64,000 bases of DNA from Sedimentisphaerales bacterium (GCA_963663805.2 CAXXMR010000014.1:64001-128000), one strand, 5' to 3'. Shown: positions 30,950-41,248, counted from the first letter of the stretch. A program made the numbers and translations. Notes: generated by a model from the letters alone, not told the origin.

Positions 30950-32099
30950 ATTCTGAAAGTAGCTTTATCCAGCCAGCAGGATTAGTGACAAGCAGTTTCT
31001 CGTTTTCTATTTTTTGGCCAATGCGGCAAATAAGGATTCTTTTGTCGGCAGAAATCATGTCAGCTGTTTTGTGTAAACGACTAATCATATCCTTCGATGG
31101 ATTACTGGTAAGCTTGATTTCGATTGCCCAACGATCAGTACCCCAATCAAGAACAAGATCCAACTCATAACCGTCTGAAGTCCGGAAATAATATGGTTGG
31201 ACGCGTTTGCCGGTGGCCGCAATCGCGCATAGAGTTTGCTCAATAATAAATCCTTCCCAGCTATGGCCCAACCATGGTTGGCAATAAAGTTGTTCCATAT
31301 CACTTACATTCATTAAGGAATGGAGCAATCCGCTATCTCGCCAATAAACTCTTGATGTTTTTACCAGTCGTTTTTTTATGTTCGTAGAATAAGGCGTCAG
31401 CTTCCTAATAAGAAAAACCCCCTCCAGGAAATCGCAATAGCTAAGTACAGTCTTATGGTCAAGCGATAGAGACGCTCCAAGCTGGGAAGCATTAAGCGGT
31501 TGGCCGTGAATGACAGCAAGCATAGCTAATAGTCTCATGGTTTGTTGGGGTTTAGCTGATAACCCCCAAGTGGGCAAATCCCGTGTTGTCAACATCTCCA
31601 GATAGCTCTGCTGCCACTCAGGAAACATTTTGGCATCAAGCACCCCGCCATCGGGGTATCCACCGCGCATCCATAAATCATCCAATTGCTTAGCTTTAAG
31701 TTCCGGCAAAATAAACGGGGTCATGTGAACCAACCCCATTCGCCCAACGAGTGATTCTGATACATTCTTCATTAATGCCGGCGATACTGAACCCAACAAG
31801 AGAAACCTCCCATTGCGTTTGCGGTCGGAGTCGATAGTTCCTCTCAGACGAGAAAATACCCAAGGCGATTCCTGGGCTTCATCAATTACAACAAGCTTTT
31901 TTCCTGCCGCAAGAGATTCCCACTCCACGTCAAGCCGAGCCTCACTGCCCTCAGTTTCCATATCAAAGTAGGTCCCATTGAACTGCTGTGCAATGGTCGT
32001 CTTGCCGCACTGCCGAGAGCCAAGTATCGCCACGGCTGGAAACTTGTCAAGTTTGCCCTGAATCTGTTTTTTGTATATACGAGAAATCATATATTGCAT
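30948..32099 (-). CDS. AAA_14 ATPase with DUF4143 and nuclease-like C-terminus
   Basis: GSRQCGKTT, IDEAQ, GRFLLLGS, SESLVGR, GGYP, KRLVKT.RVYWRDSGL, ELDLVL..AIEIKL. Confidence 0.85.
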   Translation of the reverse strand: MQYMISRIYKKQIQGKLDKFPAVAILGSRQCGKTTIAQQFNGTYFDMETEGSEARLDVEWESLAAGKKLVVIDEAQESPWVFSRLRGTIDSDRKRNGRFLLLGSVSPALMKNVSESLVGRMGLVHMTPFILPELKAKQLDDLWMRGGYPDGGVLDAKMFPEWQQSYLEMLTTRDLPTWGLSAKPQQTMRLLAMLAVIHGQPLNASQLGASLSLDHKTVLSYCDFLEGVFLIRKLTPYSTNIKKRLVKTSRVYWRDSGLLHSLMNVSDMEQLYCQPWLGHSWEGFIIEQTLCAIAATGKRVQPYYFRTSDGYELDLVLDWGTDRWAIEIKLTSNPSKDMISRLHKTADMISADKRILICRIGQKIENEKLLVTNPAGWIKLLSE

Positions 32100-32285
32100 T
32101 ATGGGAATCTATTCCCAATATGCAAGAATTATTTAAAATATTCTGCGTCATAAAGACAAAGTATTCCCAAGCTCCCACAACGCCTTTAATATCAGCAACT
32201 TGCGTTAATTGACCAGTAGATCATATTTTGCAAATCATTTGTAAAAACTTGTATATAAATGATTTACATTTCACAAGAAATGAAA

Positions 32286-32359
32286 TACGCCCGAAGGGAT
32301 TCGAACCCCTAGCCTTTGGTTCCGTAGACCAACGCTCTATCCATTTGAGCTACGGGCGC
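32286..32359 (-). tRNA. tRNA-Arg (ACG)
   Basis: rc GCGCCCGTAGCTCAAATGGATAGAGCGTTGGTCT-ACG-GAACCAAAGGCTAGGGGTTCGAATCCCTTCGGGCGTA; CCA not encoded. Confidence 0.96.
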
Positions 32360-32670
32360 TTGTTGCTGCCGAAAACAGGGATTGAGGGCTGCTGTTTAGG
32401 ACAGACGGGTAATTTAACCCCTGCCAACGACCTTTGCAAGCAAATTGACCAAAAAAAAAACCGCCTGCCCACTCCTAAAAAATATTACCCAGCTTAACAG
32501 GGCCTCACCAAAGGTCCATCTTTCCTATCTTCACAAAAAAATCCGCTTTTTTCTCCATAATTCTCCCCGCCCGCTTTGCCCGCGGCGGATATGTATCTTA
32601 TTCTTGCTCAACGACCTCACCATCGGAGGATGAGGTAAGACTTATAGAGTCACCCAATTAGGAGAGTGGG

Positions 32671-33408
32671 ATGAAAACCACACGGACTATGTGCGCCGTT
32701 TTCCGGCTGCTGCTGGGAGTCTGCGCTACATCACAGGCCACCGAACTTTTTGATTTTGACAACGGCTCGGATGGCTGGACAACCAGCACTATACAGGACA
32801 GTGGTGCGATCAGAGTAGGTGCGCCTGATTTTGTGCCCGCCGCCGGCAATCCCAACGGATATGTCTCAGCGTGCATAGATTATGCCGACCCCAGGCTGTA
32901 TGGATTCCATCAGTTTGATGCCGGTATTATGGGCGACCTGACCGGCCTGACCCTAACGGTGGACACCCGCCTTATCGGTCAGATTACCGGGCCCGGCACC
33001 ACACCGGCAGTGCGCTTTTATGTCGGTTCGTATACCAGCGGAAACAATTACTATATGAGCAATGACCTGTTCAGCTGGGATATCAATAATGATACCAACT
33101 GGACGAATCACACCGTGACATTGAGCGTCGAAAACTTTGTACTTTGGCCCAACTCCGCGGCCAACAGCAAAACTTTCGCACAGGTTATCGCTCAGCCCGA
33201 AGACATCGGCCTGCTGTTCACCGATGACATCGTGAACTTCAGCAACAATGCCTTTTTGGGCATTAGCAGCTCGACCGGCGCCGTTATCGAAATGGACAAT
33301 TTCGGCACCGCTCCGGTAGCTGTGCCCGAACCACTGACTATGGTGTTTTTGGGGACAGGTCTGCTGGCTACCATCAGACCTTGGCGCAGGAAATCTCGTC
33401 CAAACTGA
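32671..33408 (+). CDS. PEP-CTERM surface protein
   Basis: Signal peptide; C-terminal VPEP-TM-basic tail (VPEPLTMVFLGTGLLATIRPWRRK). Confidence 0.85.
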   Translation: MKTTRTMCAVFRLLLGVCATSQATELFDFDNGSDGWTTSTIQDSGAIRVGAPDFVPAAGNPNGYVSACIDYADPRLYGFHQFDAGIMGDLTGLTLTVDTRLIGQITGPGTTPAVRFYVGSYTSGNNYYMSNDLFSWDINNDTNWTNHTVTLSVENFVLWPNSAANSKTFAQVIAQPEDIGLLFTDDIVNFSNNAFLGISSSTGAVIEMDNFGTAPVAVPEPLTMVFLGTGLLATIRPWRRKSRPN

Positions 33409-33475
33409 GGGAAATGTGTTGAGGAAAATGTTGCTCCAGCCAACTTTGGTCGGGGCGAGAGGGGAGGAAATGTGG

Positions 33476-33512
33476 GCCGGTCCGAATCCTCCTGTTCGGA
33501 TCGGCTTTTTTT
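33476..33512 (+). terminator. Rho-independent terminator
   Basis: gccggtccgaa-loop-ttcggatcggc + T7. Confidence 0.75.
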
Positions 33513-34290
33513 ATCGCAAGGGCAGAACCATAGGCCGACCGCTAACCGGATGAACGCCCACATAAGCGCTCTGGCGATAAACCTCACCCACCACTTCCTG
33601 GCTTATCACTTCCTCAACCGACCCGCCACGGAAAATTTTACCGTCCCGCATTAGAATCAGCCGCGTACAGAACATTGCCGCCAGATTCAAATCATGCGTT
33701 ACTACCGCCACCGCCATCCCCTTACTCGCCAAATCCGCCAATAGCGAAAAAAAACTCACCTGATGGTGCATGTCAAGCCCCACTGTCGGCTCGTCCAGCA
33801 GCAGTAATTTCGGCTGTTGAGCCAGCACCGAAGCCAGCAAAACCCGCTGTCGTTCACCGCCGGAAAGATGCGATAAATGACGATGTCGATAAACCGCCGT
33901 CTCGGTCCGCTCCAGACAGTCCTCCACAATCTCCCGGTCGCGTGCCTGCATCACACCGGCCCCGGAAAGATGAGCAAACCGCCCCATCGCCACCACTTCT
34001 TCCACACGATAATCAAAGGTACTCGAAACATTCTGCGGCAAATACCCCATCTGCCGGGCAATCTCCCGCCGCGACAGGTTCGACAGCTTCTTACCACCCA
34101 GCAGCACCCGCCCGGAATGCGCGTGCAAAACTCCCGCGGAAATTTTCAATAGTGTGCTTTTACCCGCCCCGTTGGGCCCAATCACCCCTAAAAGTTCGCC
34201 GCCCGACACCCGCAGCGAAACCTCGTTCAGCCGCCAGCCGTCCGAACCGTAGTCATAGCTGACACCCTCAGTTTCCAGCAGCGTCGTCAA
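33511..34290 (-). CDS. Cobalamin/iron-chelate ABC ATPase (BtuD/FecE-like)
   Basis: GPNGAGKSTLL, VAMGRF.H, LSGGERQRVLLA..LAQQP..LLLDEPT, THDLNLA. Confidence 0.88.
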   Translation of the reverse strand: MTTLLETEGVSYDYGSDGWRLNEVSLRVSGGELLGVIGPNGAGKSTLLKISAGVLHAHSGRVLLGGKKLSNLSRREIARQMGYLPQNVSSTFDYRVEEVVAMGRFAHLSGAGVMQARDREIVEDCLERTETAVYRHRHLSHLSGGERQRVLLASVLAQQPKLLLLDEPTVGLDMHHQVSFFSLLADLASKGMAVAVVTHDLNLAAMFCTRLILMRDGKIFRGGSVEEVISQEVVGEVYRQSAYVGVHPVSGRPMVLPLR

Positions 34291-34792
34291 CGGCTTCCTC
34301 CGCTACATTAACCTCGTTCGCATCCGCGCCTGGTTTATCAACTTCTACTGGCTCAGCTACAGGTTCCTCTTCTACATTTTCATCCTGAACCTCAATAGTA
34401 GCAGCCCCTGACTCTTTTGCGTCTTCCTGCGGCTGCACCACAACTTCATCGGTCGGCTCCGGCTCGATTATTTCAAATCCGGAAAAAGGCTTAGCAGGCT
34501 CAAGTTCAAGGGGCACTGTCGGTGCCAAAGGCTGGTCAAAATTAAGTTCAAACGGAAGCTCGACCGGTTTGTTGTCAACCCCTTCAGCCTGCTTTTCTGA
34601 TTCAACCAGCTCAACAGCCTCAGCTTCAGCTTCAATTACCGGCTCAGGCTCAACAACTTCCACTTCCTCGGCAACCACAGCTTCTGCCGGGCCATATTTG
34701 TACCGCCCCGCCAAATCCAGCAGCAGACAAAGCCCCGTCCCCACGGCAATTAACAACAAAAACGCAAATAATGTTCGGTATCTCGTCAGCAT
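34268..34792 (-). CDS. Hypothetical membrane-anchored acidic Glu/Pro-rich protein
   Basis: N-terminal TM followed by a low-complexity E/P/V region; overlaps the ATPase start. Confidence 0.6.
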   Translation of the reverse strand: MLTRYRTLFAFLLLIAVGTGLCLLLDLAGRYKYGPAEAVVAEEVEVVEPEPVIEAEAEAVELVESEKQAEGVDNKPVELPFELNFDQPLAPTVPLELEPAKPFSGFEIIEPEPTDEVVVQPQEDAKESGAATIEVQDENVEEEPVAEPVEVDKPGADANEVNVAEEAVDDAAGN

Positions 34793-34865
34793 AGGAAATC
34801 AGCATAACACCGCTGTGGCCTCTCAGCAAAGAAAAAAATACCAGTTAGCCCCCGCCCCCCATCAT

Positions 34866-35669
34866 TCACCGCAAATCAAAAAGTGAATTATCAACCGGGT
34901 CCAGCCAACCCAACGCCGCCAGATTAGAATCAACACCATAAGCATTTCCCCCCGGTTCAATCGCCGCCATCGTCCCACTGTCAACCCTGCCGTCAGCCCA
35001 GGCAATATTGGCCCGACCGCCATGCCGAAAATGCATCGAAGGAGACATGTAACTGGCCGAACAAGTCGCCCCGCCGCTGACAAAATAAGGCGGCTCCACA
35101 AAAGAATATTCTATCAGATTCTTAACCGTCCCCTTGGCCATGGCGGCATCCGCGAACATCAGCGTCGCGCCCGGTCGCGAAATCTCTTCCTGATTCGTAC
35201 TGCGAACATAGATCTCATCCCAGCTTATCTTATCCCACTCCCGCGAACCAAGATAACTCTTATTATAACCGTAACCGCCGCAGCCTTTCTCAAAACTCTC
35301 GCCCCATCCTTCACCCTTAACAAAATTAATCCGACCCGGACATTCTTTAACCTCACCGTCACCCAAATAATCCCGCAAGGGACTCCGCCCCGAATCAAAC
35401 GCATCATCAATAGTATCACGTTCGCCATGCCAGCGTTTCAGATTCGCGCCCAGCATATCCGCGCTGGCCAGAACCAGAAAATCACGATTCTCTGTCGCGT
35501 AGCCAATATTCGCCAAAGCTAGCTGCCTCAGGTTACTCTTGCATACCACCGACTGCGCACTGCTCCGAGCCGCCCCCAACGCCGGCAGCAAAATGCTGAC
35601 CAGCATCGCGATAATCGCCACCACTACCAGCAACTCAACCAATGTAAAAGCTTCAGCCTTACGCATCAT
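34866..35669 (-). CDS. Prepilin-type (DUF1559-like) protein with H-X9-DG motif
   Basis: [55 protein letters not shown]. Confidence 0.9.
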   Translation of the reverse strand: MMRKAEAFTLVELLVVVAIIAMLVSILLPALGAARSSAQSVVCKSNLRQLALANIGYATENRDFLVLASADMLGANLKRWHGERDTIDDAFDSGRSPLRDYLGDGEVKECPGRINFVKGEGWGESFEKGCGGYGYNKSYLGSREWDKISWDEIYVRSTNQEEISRPGATLMFADAAMAKGTVKNLIEYSFVEPPYFVSGGATCSASYMSPSMHFRHGGRANIAWADGRVDSGTMAAIEPGGNAYGVDSNLAALGWLDPVDNSLFDLR

Positions 35670-35681
35670 AACGCCCTTACC

Positions 35682-36842
35682 TTAATCCACACACCACAAT
35701 TCAACAGCTAGCCATTCATCCGCCATAACCGCTAAATCCAGACTGTCAATCACCATATCACACGGTTCAGCCAAATCGCATCGTCCAAACCAATCATCAG
35801 AACCAAACTCACCCTGCCACGCCCAGCAAAGCAACTGAAAATCACCCAAATCAACCACACCATCCAGATTTATATCCGCTCGATATTGTTGAGGACACAA
35901 AACCCCAATAGCTTCCAAATCAAAACCGCCCGACGACAATGGCAGATTCGGCGGAGCGGGCGAAGCCACCATCCACGGATCGTAAATCGCGTGGTTAACC
36001 CCAAAATTCACATAGCCCGGCCCACTGTACGGGTCCACCTGATTGGCCGCATCATCAAAATAATCACCACTGCCGGGCACATCCACCAGCCGCACATAAC
36101 GAATCGCCTGTAAATCCACCAGCCCGCCCAGCACCATCTCATGGGCCGCTAATTCATCGAGGTCAAAAGCTGTACCCTTACAAACGCCATTATAATTCGG
36201 ATGCTTACCCGCCAGATTATGTATCAGCGTAACATCGGTACACAAAAAATTACTGGCTGATTCCGGTTCTTCTACCAACGACACCGCTGAGAATCGTGCG
36301 AAATTTGTCCCGTCACTGGAAACCTCGACATAAGCAAACTCCGCGAAAATCGTCCCGCCCAAATGACCGTCACCCTCGCCCGAATCAACAAAACCATTTT
36401 CAAAAACTGCGAAGTCATAACCCGCCCCGTCATGAATCGCGTATTGTGGGTCACTCAAATCGTTCGGGTCCGCCGGATTGCCAAACCCCAACGTAATACT
36501 GCCCGGTAAATCACCCGCGGCAATATCCGCCGCATGGAGCTCGCCCAAACTAACCACATCCGTAAAATACAATCCCGTCGCAGGGCCCAGTGCCCGGTTC
36601 GGGTCATTGAAACAAACCCCGTAAAGACTGCCCACATCCTCCGCCGGACGGTAATCAACCACCTTAGTCGCCCAGTTGCGGAATATCGGATTGACCTGCC
36701 CCGCGGCAGGGTCGGCGTGCCTGCCGTCCACCCCGATATAGCCGGCAATGCCCAGCTCATTATACGGGCCGGCGACGGCACTGCTAACCAGCACCGCCGC
36801 GACCACCATAATCAGCGTTAAAGTCTCACGCATAAGCTTCAT
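35682..36842 (-). CDS. Secreted protein with C-terminal dockerin-like domain, candidate cobalamin-binding
   Basis: Signal peptide; NRALGP..VVSLG, DFAVFENGF, AYVEVSSDG, GFDLEAIG; ADINLDGVVDLGDF..CDL; lies in the riboswitch operon. Confidence 0.65.
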   Translation of the reverse strand: MKLMRETLTLIMVVAAVLVSSAVAGPYNELGIAGYIGVDGRHADPAAGQVNPIFRNWATKVVDYRPAEDVGSLYGVCFNDPNRALGPATGLYFTDVVSLGELHAADIAAGDLPGSITLGFGNPADPNDLSDPQYAIHDGAGYDFAVFENGFVDSGEGDGHLGGTIFAEFAYVEVSSDGTNFARFSAVSLVEEPESASNFLCTDVTLIHNLAGKHPNYNGVCKGTAFDLDELAAHEMVLGGLVDLQAIRYVRLVDVPGSGDYFDDAANQVDPYSGPGYVNFGVNHAIYDPWMVASPAPPNLPLSSGGFDLEAIGVLCPQQYRADINLDGVVDLGDFQLLCWAWQGEFGSDDWFGRCDLAEPCDMVIDSLDLAVMADEWLAVELWCVD

Positions 36843-36856
36843 AATCGACAGCTTCC

Positions 36857-37624
36857 TTAAGCACCTCTACGACGCAACAGCACACCGCCCAAACCCAGCA
36901 GCACCATCGTCATCGGCTCCGGCACAATCGTGTCAATCGCGAAATAAGCTGGCGTGTTCATCCCGAAATACGGGTCGTTATCTGTAGAACTCATAGTGAA
37001 CTCCAGACTCGAAACCGCACCCAGCGATGTAAGGTCAATTGTCGCCCAGTCGCCCAGAATGAATTCCGCACCGTCCCGGAAATCCGCCAGATAAAAATCT
37101 AGTGTCTTATCCGCGGTCAGTTCATCATTATCCTTGCCGGTAATCGTCAACTTGAACCAGTCACCGTCACTAAAAGCAGTCGCCCCGCCGCAGCCATCCC
37201 GCAACGCCAGATACCCGTAAGTCGTGTTGGTAACCAAAATCAAATCTACCACTCGCTCCGAATTAAAACTAAGCGTCGGAACCGGATCCCACGAGCTATA
37301 ATAACCAACACCATAATTCGCCGAGCCATCCGCCCCGCCACCGGTAATCGCACTATATTGATTACCATGGCCGGCCGTCGTCGTGTCAGTCATGTTCGAA
37401 TAAGCAAAACCCGACCAGGACGTCATCCCGCCGCCCCAATCAGTAAATGTATTACTAAAATTTGCCATACCGCTCACAAAAACACCGCTACCATCAGAAC
37501 CATTCCAGTACGACTCGGCCCCCAAACTCAAATCATCAAAATCCGCAATAACACCTGCCTGGACACCAATCGCCAGAGCAGCCATCAACAACATCGAAAC
37601 GCTCATCACCCTTAACATTTTCAT
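36857..37624 (-). CDS. DUF4465-like protein with PEP-CTERM anchor
   Basis: SWSGFAYSN.TD, NQYSAITGGG, TNTTY, DWFKLTITG, FYLADFR, SSTD..GMNTPAYFAID, then VPEP-TM-RRR. Confidence 0.82.
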   Translation of the reverse strand: MKMLRVMSVSMLLMAALAIGVQAGVIADFDDLSLGAESYWNGSDGSGVFVSGMANFSNTFTDWGGGMTSWSGFAYSNMTDTTTAGHGNQYSAITGGGADGSANYGVGYYSSWDPVPTLSFNSERVVDLILVTNTTYGYLALRDGCGGATAFSDGDWFKLTITGKDNDELTADKTLDFYLADFRDGAEFILGDWATIDLTSLGAVSSLEFTMSSTDNDPYFGMNTPAYFAIDTIVPEPMTMVLLGLGGVLLRRRGA

Positions 37625-37859
37625 CTCCGATCAATAACCAAAAATAAACTGTAAACCACGCGGCCCGCGGTCTGACGATGAGCTCTGTCGTACAAACCAT
37701 TCAAAAAAGCATCGACACGCCGCAAAACAAATAATGCCGACACCCAAAAATAACGTCGGGTATATTGACGTTTAATTCCATTTACGCTCAAGCTAAATAA
37801 TGCGGAGACCGGGGACATCCCGGCGGACAGGAAGCCTCGGTACTCCGCCATGCGAGCAT

Positions 37860-37896
37860 AAAAAAAGCCTTACGCTTCGTGAATGAAACGTAAGGC
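37860..37896 (-). terminator. Attenuator terminator of the riboswitch expression platform
   Basis: On - strand gccttacgtttc-attcac-gaagcgtaaggc + U7. Confidence 0.8.
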
Positions 37897-37981
37897 CATT
37901 AATTCCTATACCAACAGAAGGTCCGCAGACCTGCCGGGTTACGTCTGACTCAGTCCACGAAGTCAATAAATAACAAATACT

Positions 37982-38150
37982 GGTTAGGCAGGTCTTCTGG
38001 CTCTCGGATCATCCTACTCACCGGGCCTTCCCATCCTTTCGGACAGTGGCATACACCGGTTTTCGTCCCCGATCACAGCGGCGGGTCCGCGACGGTTTCG
38101 CACCGTCTTCCCATTTAAGACTCAAAAATCAAGTCACCTGAACCGCAACT
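37982..38150 (-). promoter_or_regulatory. Cobalamin (B12) riboswitch
   Basis: On - strand GGTTCAGGTG...GGGAAGACGGTGCGAAACCGTCGCGGACCCGCCGCTGTG...GCCACTG..GGGAAGGC...AGCCAGAAGACCTGCC. Confidence 0.93.
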
Positions 38151-38249
38151 CTATTCACTTGTAATTTCAATGCTGGACGAAATGTAACCCACACACACCC
38201 AGTTGTCAAGTGACATTTGTCACATTTCTATATTTTTTTTGGTCGGCCC

Positions 38250-39392
38250 TCAGACCGCAAACCCCAAATTGCCCAGCTTACCCAAAACCCCCGCCCGCTC
38301 CGGCAACAGCCGAACCTGAGTATTATAAGCCTCACGACGCACCGGATACCCCTTCCGCAACTTATCAAAATACTTGCCAAACTCCTCATCGGCCAACCCT
38401 GCCCCGCCCCGCAAATCTGCGTCATCCTTTTCAATATCATAAATAGCGGTAAACGCCCGCCTCAAAATCCCCTCATCCGAAAGCCCCTCCGTATCAATTG
38501 TCAGCTCAGCCACCGGCGGCTCCGGCAACAGCTCATGCGCCGCCAACCGTTCCGGCCGCCCCAAAAACTCACACAAATAATTAAACAACATCACCGTACC
38601 ATTAACCTTGCCGTCCAGCGAATAACCCGCAATATGAGGACTAACCAGGGACACCATTCCCATCAACTCCCGATCTATCGCCGGCTCACCTTCCCACACG
38701 TCCAGCAAAACATCACGTCTATGTTTACCCAAATGTTCCTTCAAGGCCGCGTTATCAACTACCGCCCCGCGCGAACTGTTCAGCAATACCGCACCCTCAC
38801 GCAACTGGCCCAACCGATTCTCATCCAGCAAATGGTACGTCGAATAAGCACCGTTCTTATTCAAAGGTACATGACAGGTAACAAAATCCGCTTCTAACGC
38901 CTTATCCAGCGAAACAAACCGGCAGTCCGAAGTACGCTCCTGCAAAGGCGGGTCATTCGGCAAAGACCGCATCCCCAAAACCTTGACCTTCTGCTCCAAA
39001 CGAGAACCAATATTACCCACCCCGATTATCCCGATACTCTTACCGGCCAACTCCTCACCCCGCCGCTGGGCCAATACCAGCAGCGCCGTCAGAATATATT
39101 CCGTCACCGAATCCGCATTGGAACCCGCCGCACTATGAAATATAATCCCACGACGTGCCAGATAATCCTGGTCCACATGGTCCGTACCGATAGTGGCTGT
39201 TCCCACAAACTTCACAGAAGTATTTTCCAGCAGCCCAGCGTTAACCTGAGTTATCGAACGCACCAGCAGCACATCAGCATCCGCCAGCATATCAGCCGAA
39301 ACCTCCCGCCCCGCAACACAGCGAACCTCACCCAAGTCACCAAACGCACGCTCAACATACGGAATATTTTCATCTGCCACTATTTTTATCAT
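38250..39392 (-). CDS. pdxB: 4-phosphoerythronate dehydrogenase
   Basis: IVADENIPY, LLVRSIT.V, FVGTATIGTDH, GVGNIG, DVWEGEP, PHIAGYSLDGK, FDKLRKGYPVRRE. Confidence 0.92.
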   Translation of the reverse strand: MIKIVADENIPYVERAFGDLGEVRCVAGREVSADMLADADVLLVRSITQVNAGLLENTSVKFVGTATIGTDHVDQDYLARRGIIFHSAAGSNADSVTEYILTALLVLAQRRGEELAGKSIGIIGVGNIGSRLEQKVKVLGMRSLPNDPPLQERTSDCRFVSLDKALEADFVTCHVPLNKNGAYSTYHLLDENRLGQLREGAVLLNSSRGAVVDNAALKEHLGKHRRDVLLDVWEGEPAIDRELMGMVSLVSPHIAGYSLDGKVNGTVMLFNYLCEFLGRPERLAAHELLPEPPVAELTIDTEGLSDEGILRRAFTAIYDIEKDDADLRGGAGLADEEFGKYFDKLRKGYPVRREAYNTQVRLLPERAGVLGKLGNLGFAV

Positions 39393-39580
39393 GATAGAAT
39401 AATAGAGCCACCCCCAACATTAGCAAGAAAAATACCTCCTTGACATCACCCGCCCAACTGCTCGAATCAGACAAAGCCCAAACCTATAACGTAAAAGGCG
39501 CAGGCGGAGACACCAACAACCCCCTGAAGTAAAGCTCTTCAAATTCGTCTATCACAAGTTACCTAAAGATAGCGGATAGA

Positions 39581-40993
39581 CTATTTTTTCTTAAAAAGCG
39601 GGAATCGTTTCGAATCAGTCCGGGCCGCCTTGAATAACCGCTTCATATCCGCCACAACCGCTGGATACTCATCCGCCACATTACGAGTCTCACCCGGGTC
39701 ATCCGCCAGATTATAAAGCTCCATCGGCGTTTCAGGCTTCTTCTGCAAATCCAAACGGACCGCCTTGAAATCACCTTTCAAAATCGCCTGCTTGCCGTTT
39801 CTCTCCGGAAATTCCCAGTAAAGATACTCATGCTCCTTCTGCCCACCCTTGGCCAAAAATGTCGGCAGCATCGAAATACCATCTATACCATCAGGAGCCT
39901 TCACGCCCGCCATTTCACAAAACGTCGGCAGCATATCCCAAAACGCCGAAACATGCCCCGAAACCACACCCGCCGGAACCGCACCCGGCCAACGTGCGAC
40001 AAACGGAGCCCGTATCCCGCCCTCATATAAATCACGCTTCAACCCCCGCAAAGGACCGTTACTGTCCCAGAATTCCGGGTCATGCCCGCCTTCCTTGTGC
40101 GCCCCGTTATCACTGGTAAATATCACCAGAGTATTATCGTCAATCCCCAACTCCTTCAACAAAGCCAGCAGCTCACCCACCCCATTATCCAGATGCTCAA
40201 CCATCGCCGGAAAAGCCGCTACCGGATTAACCACGTCAGGCCCGTCATACTTACCAACCTTATCCTCAAACTGCGGAAACAGCTTGCGATACTTATCGTG
40301 AAGTTCCTTAGGAGCGTGCATCGAAGCATGAGGAATCGTCACCGGCAGATAACAGAAAAACGCCTTGTCTTTATTCGCCCGAACAAAATCAAGCGCCGCA
40401 CCCATTATCAAATCATGAGAATAAACCTTGCCGCCAAGTTGAACCTTCTCCCGATTATGCCATAAATACTCAGGGTAATAATTATGAGCCCGCCGCTGAC
40501 AATTGTAACCATAAAATTCATCAAAAAATACCATCGGGTCACTAACCGAACCAGGCGACCCCATCCCCCACTTGCCAAAAGCACCCGAAACATAACCCGC
40601 CGGCCGCAGCACATCAGGAATCGTAACCGTGCTGGCCTCCATCGCTCCCTGCCCTTCCCATTTCATCTCCTTATTGCCCCGAATCGAAGCATGACCCGTA
40701 TGCAGCCCGGTCATTATCGTACAACGCGAAGGCGCACAAACCGTACTGCCCGAATAATGACGAGTAAACTTCATCCCCTCAGCCGCCAGCCGGTCAATAT
40801 TCGGCGTACGAAACTTCTTCTGGCCATAGCAGCTTAAATCACCATACCCCAAATCGTCCGCCAGAATATAAATAATATTAGGACCCCGCTTCGCCGAATT
40901 CGCCGCCCCCAGACAACCCGGCAAACTCGCCGCCGCCAAACCCAAACCCACAGCTTTCAAAAAATTACGACGACTGCTTCTTACCGAATCCAT
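39581..40993 (-). CDS. Tat-exported arylsulfatase (S1 family)
   Basis: SRRNFLK Tat motif, PNIIYILADDLGYGD, CAPSR..MTG, FTSDNG, LYEGGIR. Confidence 0.92.
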   Translation of the reverse strand: MDSVRSSRRNFLKAVGLGLAAASLPGCLGAANSAKRGPNIIYILADDLGYGDLSCYGQKKFRTPNIDRLAAEGMKFTRHYSGSTVCAPSRCTIMTGLHTGHASIRGNKEMKWEGQGAMEASTVTIPDVLRPAGYVSGAFGKWGMGSPGSVSDPMVFFDEFYGYNCQRRAHNYYPEYLWHNREKVQLGGKVYSHDLIMGAALDFVRANKDKAFFCYLPVTIPHASMHAPKELHDKYRKLFPQFEDKVGKYDGPDVVNPVAAFPAMVEHLDNGVGELLALLKELGIDDNTLVIFTSDNGAHKEGGHDPEFWDSNGPLRGLKRDLYEGGIRAPFVARWPGAVPAGVVSGHVSAFWDMLPTFCEMAGVKAPDGIDGISMLPTFLAKGGQKEHEYLYWEFPERNGKQAILKGDFKAVRLDLQKKPETPMELYNLADDPGETRNVADEYPAVVADMKRLFKAARTDSKRFPLFKKK

Positions 40994-41248
40994 ACCACCG
41001 GCCTCCAAAACTATGCGATTAAACTCTCAGACAAGGCATTCTAAACTCTAGATAAAACCTCCGCAATCAATAAAATGTGAGATATACATGCAATTCGTGA
41101 TAAACCAGAACCACAAAGCTGAAATATTATCCTTGACATCATCAGCCCCCAAAATCATAATGGCTGTCGTCAAAGGCATGTGAATCAGAGAGCCGACCTT
41201 TTGTGGATACCGTCCACCCTAAAAAATACATTGAGTAGGAGCAACCCA

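Noticed and set aside
37621..37851. 76-aa ORF in the riboswitch leader
   Set aside because: No RBS and no recognisable features; it overlaps hairpin-rich leader. The ATGA overlap alone is insufficient.
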